Origin: an uncultured Candidatus Nitrotoga sp.
GTDB taxonomy: Bacteria; Pseudomonadota; Gammaproteobacteria; Burkholderiales; Gallionellaceae
DNA: 48,074 bases
Direction: 5' to 3'
Assembly (NCBI GenBank): GCA_964589845.1
Contig: CAZPUT010000001.1
Span: 1-48,074 of the forward strand
Part shown: in pieces, positions 1 to 9,060 of the stretch
Layout: the number at the start of each line of letters is the position of its first letter
Numbering within the stretch: the first letter of the stretch is position 1
Program-made: the position numbers and the translations under genes
Notes under the pieces: model-generated
What the model saw: only the letters and a program-made list of their open reading frames with translations
The model's database searches: none
What the model was told of the DNA's origin: nothing

Positions 1-30
1 AAGTTCTCTACACCAAGCAACCACTAGCGG

Positions 31-1140
31 TTGCACTTCGAATTTGAATCCGCGAGCAGAAAAAAAACAGTTCCAGAACTAAAGGTACTTTTTGATACAA
101 ATGCTCTTTATACCCAATCAGCCAGCGAATTAGTTAAGCCAGATATAGCTCAGTTGGTGAAAGAGAATTCCAACCATGTGGATCACAAAATATCTTGGTA
201 CTTACCATCGATCGTGCGCCACGAGCGACAATACCAAATGCTTAAGGCAGGGAAGCTTTTACTCCCAGCAATAAATAAGCTTGAGAAATTGCTTGGCCAT
301 AACCTTGGAATGAGTGAAGCCGTTCTTGAATATAAGGTCAAACATGCAGTTGAATCACAACTTAATGAACTGAAGATAAGCATTGTGGAGATTAATGCTT
401 CCGATGTTAACTGGACGCAAATAATGCACAGCGCAGCGTATAGACTTCCACCCTTTGACCCAGGGGAAAAGGAAAAAGGTTTTAGAGACGCTTTAGTAAT
501 CGAATCTCTTCAACAACTTATCGCCCAGTCGCCAGTAACACCTAAAGTTTGCAGAATCGTGCTAGTTTCTGAAGATAAGTTGGTATGTGAGGCAGCAAGA
601 GCAGCAACATCAGCATCCACAAATGTACGCGTTCTGAATACGCTAGAAGAGGTAAAAGGTCTCATTAATACGTTAGTATCAGAAGTGGATGAAGCGTTTA
701 TTAAACAAATTCTAAGTAAAGTCCAACCCTATTTCTTTGTTCCAAAAGAGGAAAGCTCTTTGTATTATAAAGAGGGATTGTTAAAAAAAATAAAGGAACA
801 GTTTTCTCAAGAGCTAGCTACCAAACCAGAAGGCGTAACTCAAATTGAAGCCAATACTTGGTATGTTAATCCACCTTGGTTTGTTAAAAAAGAATTGCAG
901 CGTTTCTTTTGGACAACACAAATTACCGCAACATTTACTGGATATGATGTTACCAATAAATTCGACTTCCAAGGTTTGATGTCATCTGCAGCAGCAATAC
1001 CAGAAAAGAAAATAGTTATGAAGTACGGGGTCTATTTTGAAGTAGATTGGAGCGTAACGCTTGGGCAACATAAGAAATTATCCTCCCCAAAGATTGGGGA
1101 GATACGTTACCTTGAAACTAAGCCAAGAGAAGAGTACTAA
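31..1140 (+). CDS. PIN domain-containing protein (DUF4935/PIN_12-like), putative nuclease
   Basis: Has PIN motifs VLFDTNAL, HERQ, EKGFRDALVIES and LVSED, followed by a ~150-aa C-terminal domain. AT-rich. TTG start directly after an in-frame TAG at 25-27, so the true start is uncertain. Confidence 0.75.
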   Translation: MHFEFESASRKKTVPELKVLFDTNALYTQSASELVKPDIAQLVKENSNHVDHKISWYLPSIVRHERQYQMLKAGKLLLPAINKLEKLLGHNLGMSEAVLEYKVKHAVESQLNELKISIVEINASDVNWTQIMHSAAYRLPPFDPGEKEKGFRDALVIESLQQLIAQSPVTPKVCRIVLVSEDKLVCEAARAATSASTNVRVLNTLEEVKGLINTLVSEVDEAFIKQILSKVQPYFFVPKEESSLYYKEGLLKKIKEQFSQELATKPEGVTQIEANTWYVNPPWFVKKELQRFFWTTQITATFTGYDVTNKFDFQGLMSSAAAIPEKKIVMKYGVYFEVDWSVTLGQHKKLSSPKIGEIRYLETKPREEY

Positions 1141-1565
1141 AATCCTAAGCACGGCGATCCTACCGGCGTCCCAAAAGACTCCCATGCGCCTTGGCAGATA
1201 AGGGGTTATGGTAGATGAGTCCAAGTAATCATTGATTTTTCATAATCCAAACCAAGGCCCTGATCTCGTCAAATGCATTCATTGGTGATGCGCGCGAGCT
1301 CTACCACTCCCAGGTTTTTCGCGCGCAATTGCGCATCTATTTCCAACCGGACGAAATCATCTTCCGTCAACCGGCGGAACATTGAGTAACTTTTCCATGT
1401 GGAAACGGTATTGCAGCATCACCGATAAGCGACCATAGGCTGGGGTTGATTGCCAGCTCAGCAACATGAAAAACTGGTAGCATAAATCATACTCGCTGGA
1501 AGACGGAAAACCAGAGGGGAGCTTATTTCCTGAACGGTACCCCCGCAGACAAAGGAAACATCATA

Positions 1566-4500
1566 GTGCTGAAGGGCTTTGATACTGTACATTTGCGTCG
1601 GTTTCTACGCTATGCACTACGGGCTAGGGTTGTGGTGATCTTTTGCCTGCTTTATGTTTTGTTTGTTGGCATCGAATTTAACGCTTCTCTTCTGCGCGAA
1701 ACAATCGCCAAAGCATTTTTCAATAGTATTGGCCGCAATGTTCGATTCGATGGGCCTTTGCAACTTGAGATTTCCGCACGACCGCAGCTGCATGTAGGGG
1801 GGTTGCATATCGCCAACTTGAGTGGCTTCGCAGGTAGCGAATTTGCCAGCCTTGGTGAGGCGCATCTCTCACTGAATCTCTGGCCTCTCTTCCGTGGCCA
1901 ACTACAAATCGAGGAGCTTAGCGGAAACAACGTGCATATTCAGCTGCAGCACCGTGGCAACGGCAGCAACAACTGGACATTCCAAAGTCCCAAGTCCAGG
2001 CAAGAGAACATGCGGGCTACAGGGGAGGATGTGCCAGCATCGTTGAATGACCTTAGCCACATGCTCACAGTTCTCGATATTAAACGAGTGACGCTGAAAA
2101 ATCTGAGCATCGAATACATTGGCGACAACACAAAGAGCCATTTCTACGACTTGCGCTCACTCACCGCACAATTGCCAGCCGGTAAACCGCTCACTATTGC
2201 ATTGGACGGCACGGTCGAGAAGACATTTCCCTATAAGCTCGATTTCACCGGCGGCTCAATCGAAGATTTTGCGAGAACCGATAAGCCATGGCCGATAGAC
2301 CTGAAGCTGGAATTGCTAAGCACCAGGCTGTCTCTCAACGGAAGCATATCGGGGGTGGGAGGCGAGATCAACTTCGGTCTTGGCACCGAGAGTCTTTTGG
2401 ATTTCGAGCGCCTGCTTCAGGTCAAACTTCCAAATGTCGGCGTCGTTGGCATTGCTGGCACACTAACCTACGGCGCGGGCAAAACGAAATTGACTCGTCT
2501 GGACGGGGTTATGGGCAAGACTACATTCAGCGGCGTGCTTGGCCTCAACTCCACCGGTGCCCGGCCTCGTATTACGGGTTCACTAACGGTGCCAACTCTC
2601 GACTTGCGACCGTTTCTGGAAGACAAACCCGATGAAGAAATAGAGCCTCCAAAAAGCATTGCCGAGCTTTATCGCGAAATTTCAAAGGCCACATTCAGTC
2701 TGAAGGAGCTCAATAGTGTAGATTCCGACGTTACTCTGCGCGTGGGAAACTGGCTGAACCTTCCAGGCAACGTGCACGATGCAATGTTGCAAGTGAAGAT
2801 CAATAATGGCCATCTTGATGTCCCGATACAGGCTACGGTTGCGGGCGTAGCATTTTCCGGGCTTGCGAGTGCTGACACGACCGTTACTCCGGCACGGTTC
2901 AATCTCGGACTTGGCACACATGATTCCAACCTCGGTGGCCTTGCAGAATTACTGGTGGGCGTAAAGGGCATCAAAGGAGAAATGGGGCGTTTCGATTTGA
3001 GAATTGCCGCCGCTGGTGATCGCGGTAATGAACTGGTGAAAAGCCTTGACGTGCAGCTCAACATGGAGCGCGGCAAGCTTACCTATGGCAACAACGAAGG
3101 TGAGCGTCCTGTGGCATTTTCTCTGGAGAAGCTTGCTGTGGTCTTGCCACCTGGCAAGCCTCTGAATGGAGAGGTGCGTGGTTATCTTCTCGATCGGCCA
3201 TTCACTGCCTTGCTGCACGGTAGCGCACTTGAAACCATGATGCTGGAAGCGCGTGCACCGATTGATTTCAGCATGCGATCTGGCAGCATGCATGCACATA
3301 TTTTCGGCGTATTGCAGCCTGTGGATGGGAAACTTGGCCCTGAAATAACCTTTGAACTTTCTGCCCCACGTTCTGGCGACGTCGCGAACTGGTTCGGATT
3401 AAAATCCGGAACCGATGCTGCCATTTTGCTAAAGGGGAAAGCCAGCATGAACAGCCGCGAATGGCAGCTTGCCGATCTTTCATTTCAGTTGGGGCGCAGC
3501 TCATTGTCGGCGGATATAGTGCGCACCGAAATCGAAGGGAAACCATTGCTTAAAGTGCGCCTGTCCGGTGAACGTGTAGATGTGGGTGAACTGGAATTGC
3601 TGATGCATCAGCCAAATAAAAGCGCGTCCTCAGGCTCGGTACTCGACATTCCTATTTTACCCAAAGGCATTGACTTGGCTGATGCGGACATTGAAGTGCG
3701 GGTCAAACGCTTTGTTGGCTCCAGTTCCTTTGAAGTGAGCGACCTTTCCTTTGACGGGCATATTCGCAAGGGAGTCATGCTTACATCGCCGTTTGCGCTG
3801 AACGTCGCCGGAGCAGGTTTTAGCGGCGCCATTGCCCTTGACCTTCGTAGCATGCAGCCCCGCACAACCATGTGGCTTGCAGCGGAATCGCTGGACGTCG
3901 GAAGCATGCTGAAAAAACTTAACCTTTCGCGCGACACCGAAGCCAGCATCGGAAAGTTAGCACTTTATATCGATTTGCAATCGAGTCGCTTGGGGGACTT
4001 GATTTCGCATTCGACATTCATGGCGAATTTCGAAAGTGGCCATCTTACGTTGAAGGACTCAAATACCGGCGGCCAAATGCGAATCGCCCTGGACAAGGGC
4101 GCGCTCAATATGGATGCAGGGAAGGCGGTGAGCCTCGACCTGAATGGCAGGCTTAATGACATTCCAGTTTCTATCGGAATTGAGACAGCATCAGCCGCAG
4201 GCCTTGTAAACCCGTTACTACGCATTCCAATCAAACTTACTGTGGACGCAGCCAATACCACGATGAAACTCTCCGGAAGTATTGCACGCCCTCTCACGCA
4301 GGCAAACATTGAACTGGCGCTCGATATGCATGGCGTCCGTTTTGACAATCTCAACAACATGGTGCACGCCTCGCTGCCACCGTGGGGCCCTTGGTCAGCA
4401 GCAGGAAAATTTCGCATGTCGGCACAAGGTTATGAAGTTGCAGACCTCATGCTTCGGGTAGGCGACAGCGCACTTGCCGGGCATGGAAAACTCGATACTA

Positions 4501-5528
4501 CTACCACGCGTCCGCGCCTTGATGTTGCACTCACAGCGCCGAACATCCAGCTTGACGATTTTAAATTCGCTGACTGGTCGCCGGTGAAAGAAAACCCGGA
4601 GGCAAAGCTATCATCCAAAGCCAGGAAGCCGCTGACCTCAGCTGAAATCCGCAAAAAGGCAACCGAGTCGAGTACTCAAGCACAGCAGCTATTAAGCCCC
4701 GAAGTTCTGCAACGTCAGGATGCGCATCTGTCAGTGCGGGTGGATAAAGTGCTCTCCGGCAAAGATACCTTGGGCAGTGGGAAGCTTATCGCAAAGCTGG
4801 AAAACGGACGTTTCGACATCAACCCGATCGAAGTCAATATGCCTGGTGGTTCAGCAAGGCTTTGGTTTGGATATAAGCCGAGCGGCAACGATGTGCAAGT
4901 GAATTTACGTGCGGAAGTGAAGCGCTTTGATTATGGCGTGCTTGCACGCCGTATTAAACCAGACACCGATTTGCACGGCAATTTCAGCCTTAACGTCAAT
5001 GTAAGTTCGCGCGCGCACTATCTGTCTGAAATATTGCATTATGGAAACGGGCGCATTGATTTCACCATACATCCAGAAAATATGAAATCTGGCGTGTTCG
5101 ATATCTGGGCAGTGAATCTGCTGGTGGCGTTATTGCCAGCAGTGGATTCCAGCAAGGCTTCCAAGGTGAATTGTGCCATCGGACGCTTCGTTCTTAAGGA
5201 TGGCAAGCTTAATGATGAGCTCATTTTGATTGATACTAGTCGTATGCGAGTTATCGGCAAAGGCTCTGTGGATTTTGCTGACGAAAAGATTATGCTTCAT
5301 ATGCGGCCCAAGGCGAAAAAACCACAGTTCCTGAGTCTCGCCACCCCAATCAATGTAAATGGCAATTTTGACAATTTTAACGTTAACGTAGAAGCTTCCG
5401 CGATAATAGGTACCATTGGCCGGCTCGGTGCCTCCCTCGCTTGGGTGCCGATGCAAATGCTTTTCGGGAAAAATATACCAGCGGATGGGTCAGATGTTTG
5501 CACAGAGGTTGGCTTCAATGAGTCATAA
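1566..5528 (+). CDS. AsmA family protein (bridge-like, beta-groove repeat), 1320 aa
   Basis: N-terminal TM anchor, AsmA-type N-terminus (IGRNVRFDG...SLNLWPLFRGQLQIEEL...SNNWTF) and AsmA-type C-terminus (VNCAIGRFVLKDG...IDT...GSVDFADEKI). Confidence 0.85.
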   Translation: MLKGFDTVHLRRFLRYALRARVVVIFCLLYVLFVGIEFNASLLRETIAKAFFNSIGRNVRFDGPLQLEISARPQLHVGGLHIANLSGFAGSEFASLGEAHLSLNLWPLFRGQLQIEELSGNNVHIQLQHRGNGSNNWTFQSPKSRQENMRATGEDVPASLNDLSHMLTVLDIKRVTLKNLSIEYIGDNTKSHFYDLRSLTAQLPAGKPLTIALDGTVEKTFPYKLDFTGGSIEDFARTDKPWPIDLKLELLSTRLSLNGSISGVGGEINFGLGTESLLDFERLLQVKLPNVGVVGIAGTLTYGAGKTKLTRLDGVMGKTTFSGVLGLNSTGARPRITGSLTVPTLDLRPFLEDKPDEEIEPPKSIAELYREISKATFSLKELNSVDSDVTLRVGNWLNLPGNVHDAMLQVKINNGHLDVPIQATVAGVAFSGLASADTTVTPARFNLGLGTHDSNLGGLAELLVGVKGIKGEMGRFDLRIAAAGDRGNELVKSLDVQLNMERGKLTYGNNEGERPVAFSLEKLAVVLPPGKPLNGEVRGYLLDRPFTALLHGSALETMMLEARAPIDFSMRSGSMHAHIFGVLQPVDGKLGPEITFELSAPRSGDVANWFGLKSGTDAAILLKGKASMNSREWQLADLSFQLGRSSLSADIVRTEIEGKPLLKVRLSGERVDVGELELLMHQPNKSASSGSVLDIPILPKGIDLADADIEVRVKRFVGSSSFEVSDLSFDGHIRKGVMLTSPFALNVAGAGFSGAIALDLRSMQPRTTMWLAAESLDVGSMLKKLNLSRDTEASIGKLALYIDLQSSRLGDLISHSTFMANFESGHLTLKDSNTGGQMRIALDKGALNMDAGKAVSLDLNGRLNDIPVSIGIETASAAGLVNPLLRIPIKLTVDAANTTMKLSGSIARPLTQANIELALDMHGVRFDNLNNMVHASLPPWGPWSAAGKFRMSAQGYEVADLMLRVGDSALAGHGKLDTTTTRPRLDVALTAPNIQLDDFKFADWSPVKENPEAKLSSKARKPLTSAEIRKKATESSTQAQQLLSPEVLQRQDAHLSVRVDKVLSGKDTLGSGKLIAKLENGRFDINPIEVNMPGGSARLWFGYKPSGNDVQVNLRAEVKRFDYGVLARRIKPDTDLHGNFSLNVNVSSRAHYLSEILHYGNGRIDFTIHPENMKSGVFDIWAVNLLVALLPAVDSSKASKVNCAIGRFVLKDGKLNDELILIDTSRMRVIGKGSVDFADEKIMLHMRPKAKKPQFLSLATPINVNGNFDNFNVNVEASAIIGTIGRLGASLAWVPMQMLFGKNIPADGSDVCTEVGFNES

Positions 5529-5613
5529 AACAACAATTTATCGCTTCTGTTTCGATATGGGTTTCAGTCTGCGCAACATCTTTTTAATGCAGCAAATGGA
5601 TGAGATTTAAGCC

Positions 5614-7320
5614 ATGAAAATTCAACTCTTGGCACTCAATGCAATCCGGGTTTTTTTCGCCAGGTTTTATACGTTTCTCGCAGAGCGCTGGAAGTTGAGT
5701 TTTTATTTCTATCTGGCAGCGTTGTTTACGGTGTTTACCGTAGTTGATACCGTTTACTTGCATTTCACTGCGGAAATGCGTCAAAGCGCTTTTGACATGA
5801 TGGTGCGTTACCGGATTTTCAAACCAAAACCTGATCCTGAAATCGTTATCGTTGACATCAATGAGGCCAGTCTTGCTGCGATGGCCAAAGACTATGGCCG
5901 CTGGCCGTGGCCGCGTCAGGTGCTGGGTGAGTTTCTCGAGCAGATTGAACAGCAGCAACCAAAGGCCGTAGTTTTTGACATCCTGTTCAGTGATGCGGAC
6001 ATATACAACCCAGACAGCGATATTTACTTTAATTCAGCCATCGCCTCCACCACCAACACCTTTTTCCCCTTGCTGCGCCTTGATCCTGACAGTGACCCGT
6101 TAAGCAAGGTTAAGCCTTTGATGATTCCCGGTGTGCGAGCCTTGTCAAAAGAGGCAAGCCAGGATGCAACTGTCGCGGTGGTATTGCCGCATTTTCAGGC
6201 AGCTTTGAATGGGGGGCGTATCGGTTTGCACAATATCTACCCGGATCCAGATGGTGTGGCGCGACAGTATCTGATTTATCGCGACGATTATGGGTGGAGG
6301 TTGCCGTCCTTGCCCGCGCAGGTGGCACGCAACCTTGGTTGGGAAGAGCCATCCGTGCAACAAATTCTTCTCAACTGGCGTGGCCCGCCATTCTCATACC
6401 ACTATGTCAGCTTTAGCGACGTATTCGCCGACTTTAGCAATAAGGAAAAGAAACGCCCTCCGGATGAATTCAAAAATAAAATCGTTATTATCGGCTCAAC
6501 TGCACCAAGTTTATTTGATATCAAGATAACGCCGCTGAGCCAGACACATCCTGGCGTGGAAATCCTTGCGACCGCGATGGATAACATAAAACATGGGGAT
6601 TATTTGCATTACCCCGAAGCCCGCGTGATTTATATGCTGCTCTCGCTCCTAATGGTGTGGCTTACCGCTTGGGGTTTCTTCCGCAATTCTGGCCGTGACA
6701 AGATAGATCATATGTTTGGTCTATCACAATTTATTTTGGTTGGAATTTCTTATACCAGTATCAATCTATCCAATACTTACATCAATCTTACCGGGCCGGT
6801 GATGATTGGAATGGTCTATTTTACTATTGCGCGTATTTACGCGACTGGAACACGTATTGCGCTGGAACGAAATATGGTGCGGATCTCGCAGGCGAGCAGT
6901 GGCAATCTGCTGGCTACGGTACTGTTGATCCGTCTTGATGGCACACAGAACGTTATAACTGATGTAACGTTGGAAAAAATTCGCCGTGATTTGGAAATGG
7001 CTAGCAAAGAACCTAAATGCGTGGATGTAATAAAAGGCCTGCAAACAGGGGGGTGGGATCTATTTGGAAGAACTTTTGCAGTTTCATGGGCGGTATCTTC
7101 GGATAATGCGGATGGAATTTCGCGGATAAAACATGATGTAGAAGTTGTGCTGGCGGCATTAATGCCATTGTTGAGGAAGAATCTTGCTTATCCTGAGAAT
7201 GTTTCCGAGTGGTTTATGCATCAAGAAATAATTGCAGGCGGCGTTGCGGCAAGTGCCAGCTGGCGTGCTATGTACGCAGAGGCTATTCTGCGGTGGGAAG
7301 AACAAAAAAGGGGAAATTAA
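5614..7320 (+). CDS. CHASE2 domain membrane sensor with degenerate C-terminal cyclase-like domain
   Basis: CHASE2 motifs IVIVDINEASL, GRWPWPR, VVFDILF, DPDGVAR, KIVIIGSTA and PGVEILA. One N-terminal TM helix and three TM helices after the CHASE2 domain. Confidence 0.85.
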   Translation: MKIQLLALNAIRVFFARFYTFLAERWKLSFYFYLAALFTVFTVVDTVYLHFTAEMRQSAFDMMVRYRIFKPKPDPEIVIVDINEASLAAMAKDYGRWPWPRQVLGEFLEQIEQQQPKAVVFDILFSDADIYNPDSDIYFNSAIASTTNTFFPLLRLDPDSDPLSKVKPLMIPGVRALSKEASQDATVAVVLPHFQAALNGGRIGLHNIYPDPDGVARQYLIYRDDYGWRLPSLPAQVARNLGWEEPSVQQILLNWRGPPFSYHYVSFSDVFADFSNKEKKRPPDEFKNKIVIIGSTAPSLFDIKITPLSQTHPGVEILATAMDNIKHGDYLHYPEARVIYMLLSLLMVWLTAWGFFRNSGRDKIDHMFGLSQFILVGISYTSINLSNTYINLTGPVMIGMVYFTIARIYATGTRIALERNMVRISQASSGNLLATVLLIRLDGTQNVITDVTLEKIRRDLEMASKEPKCVDVIKGLQTGGWDLFGRTFAVSWAVSSDNADGISRIKHDVEVVLAALMPLLRKNLAYPENVSEWFMHQEIIAGGVAASASWRAMYAEAILRWEEQKRGN

Positions 7321-7321
7321 T

Positions 7322-7837
7322 ATGAGGGTGATTAAATCAGGGTTTATAGCTTTGACTATCTTGCTGATGTATCCGGCATTTGCTACGGAAGACGGCACTG
7401 CGCTTAAATCCGATAAAATCAGGAGCGAACCGTTTGGTGATGCAACGGCTCTGGCTACGCTGGCAGTCGGCGACAAAGTGGAAATCTTGCGCAGGGTCGG
7501 AGGCTGGCTAAGCATTAGAAGCGCAAAAGGTAGCGGCTGGGTGCGCATGTTGAGCATCCGCAAAGGCGCTGCGGGCAAGGGAAGCGGCGAAGTGGCAGGA
7601 GTGTTGAGCATAGCATCGGGGCGTGCTGGGACTGGCAAGGTCGTAAGTACCACCGGTATTCGTGGATTGAATGAAGAAGAGTTGAAATCTGCCAGATTCA
7701 ATGCCGACGAACTAAAGTTGGCTGAATCATTTGCCACCACTCGTGCAGATGCGGATGGGTTTGCCAAAAAAGGTGAGCTTAAATCACAAAAATTCGATTA
7801 CCTGCCTGAGCCAAAGAAGGAGGCTCAATATGAATAA
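7322..7837 (+). CDS. Secreted SH3 (SH3b-like) domain protein
   Basis: ATG at 7322, 1 nt after the CHASE2 stop. Signal peptide (MRVIKSGF...PAFA), then an SH3 pattern IRSEP...LAVGDKVEILRRVGGWLSI...GSGWVR. Confidence 0.75.
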   Translation: MRVIKSGFIALTILLMYPAFATEDGTALKSDKIRSEPFGDATALATLAVGDKVEILRRVGGWLSIRSAKGSGWVRMLSIRKGAAGKGSGEVAGVLSIASGRAGTGKVVSTTGIRGLNEEELKSARFNADELKLAESFATTRADADGFAKKGELKSQKFDYLPEPKKEAQYE

Positions 7838-8945
7838 AATAACAGAATGGTTGCTGGCAATGGGATTGTTGCTTGTCTGTAGTGCAGTCTACGGACTTGA
7901 TTTTGATAAATTGTTAAATAACATTCAGAAACCTAAAGATGAGAAACAAGGTCAGCATCAGCAACAAGGTTCAGATATGTCGTCACTGTTGGGCGGTATA
8001 TTGAAAGCAACCACCGGAACATCGCAAGATGAAGAAATAGCTATTGGCCGAAGAGTTTCCGGGAACTTGCTTGGCGCGGCTCCACTGGTTAAGGACAACG
8101 TCCTGCAAAAATACGTCAACAATGTTGGGAGGTGGATGGCAAATCAAAGCGAGCGTCCTGATTTGCCTTGGCATTTCGGCGTCATCGAGTCAGGTGACGT
8201 GAACGCGTTTGCCGCTCCTGGGGGATATGTTTTTATTACGCGGGGTTTGTACCTGTTATTGCAAGATGAGGCAGAACTTGCGGGCGTATTAGGGCATGAG
8301 ATAGGCCACGTAATCCTTAAACACCACCTGAAAATATTGCAACAAAGCAATCTTCTGGATGCAGGCAGCAAATTGGTTACCCATAAAGTTGGCGGTGATG
8401 ACAAGATACAAAAAGTAATTGGTAGCGGGGCGGAAATCATTTCGCGCTCACTGGATAAGAATGCCGAGTTTGAGGCAGACCGTGTCGGAGTCGTACTATC
8501 TGCCCGTGCGGGTTATGATGTTTTTGGCTTACCCGCAGTACTGCAGCAAATCGGTCACTTTGCCAAAGATGATGGCAATGTTGCACTATTATTCAAGACA
8601 CATCCTCATCCAGATGTACGCATAGATAAGTTGGGTACTGCAATGGGTGAAAAGTATGACCTTGTAAAAGGGCAATCGCTCAAAAACCGTTTTTATCGCA
8701 TTGTTACTACAACACCCGTGGCCGTTGCTCCGGCACCTGTGGCCGTTGCTCCGGCACCTGTGGCCTATCCAGACCAGAAAACTATTGATGAGCAATATAA
8801 TATTGGAGCAGCAACTAAATGCAAGGCTGGTTTCTTTGGATTAGTGTGCAGAGAGACGCTCAAGACTAAACTGTGCGAAGGGAAGTGGACAGAAACGCCC
8901 TCTGCAGGCCAGTCTCTGTGCAAAAGAGTGGCTAGCAAAAATTAA
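7830..8945 (+). CDS. M48 family zinc metallopeptidase (BepA/YfgC-like catalytic domain), exported
   Basis: GGAGG RBS then ATG at 7830, overlapping the SH3 gene stop. Signal peptide and motifs VNAFAAPGG, ELAGVLGHEIGH (HExxH), EFEADRVG, THP. Confidence 0.9.
   Translation: MNKITEWLLAMGLLLVCSAVYGLDFDKLLNNIQKPKDEKQGQHQQQGSDMSSLLGGILKATTGTSQDEEIAIGRRVSGNLLGAAPLVKDNVLQKYVNNVGRWMANQSERPDLPWHFGVIESGDVNAFAAPGGYVFITRGLYLLLQDEAELAGVLGHEIGHVILKHHLKILQQSNLLDAGSKLVTHKVGGDDKIQKVIGSGAEIISRSLDKNAEFEADRVGVVLSARAGYDVFGLPAVLQQIGHFAKDDGNVALLFKTHPHPDVRIDKLGTAMGEKYDLVKGQSLKNRFYRIVTTTPVAVAPAPVAVAPAPVAYPDQKTIDEQYNIGAATKCKAGFFGLVCRETLKTKLCEGKWTETPSAGQSLCKRVASKN
8718..8765 (+). repeat. 21-bp perfect tandem repeat (2.3 copies) encoding a VAVAPAP linker
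   Basis: GTGGCCGTTGCTCCGGCACCT at 8718 and 8739, plus a partial GTGGCC at 8760. Confidence 0.95.
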
Positions 8946-9060
8946 CTTGTTGATTTTGCCTCAACGAGAAAGTCAGCTAATCGGGTATTTGCAATCTGCT
9001 TCTGCAAAATTTATTCATCGGTTTTTTAATACAACCGGGAAGCTACCTGCGAAAAAAAAC

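Noticed and set aside
1150-1500. Possible minus-strand pseudogene (…FRRLTEDDFVRLEIDAQLRAKNLGVVELARITNECI*…)
   Set aside because: It reads as protein-like and has stops, but I cannot assign it to any family. BLASTx is needed.
7232-7829. Longer ORF-track starts for the SH3 gene (7232) and M48 gene (7731)
   Set aside because: They overlap the upstream genes. ATG 7322 and ATG 7830 give proper signal peptides and translational coupling.
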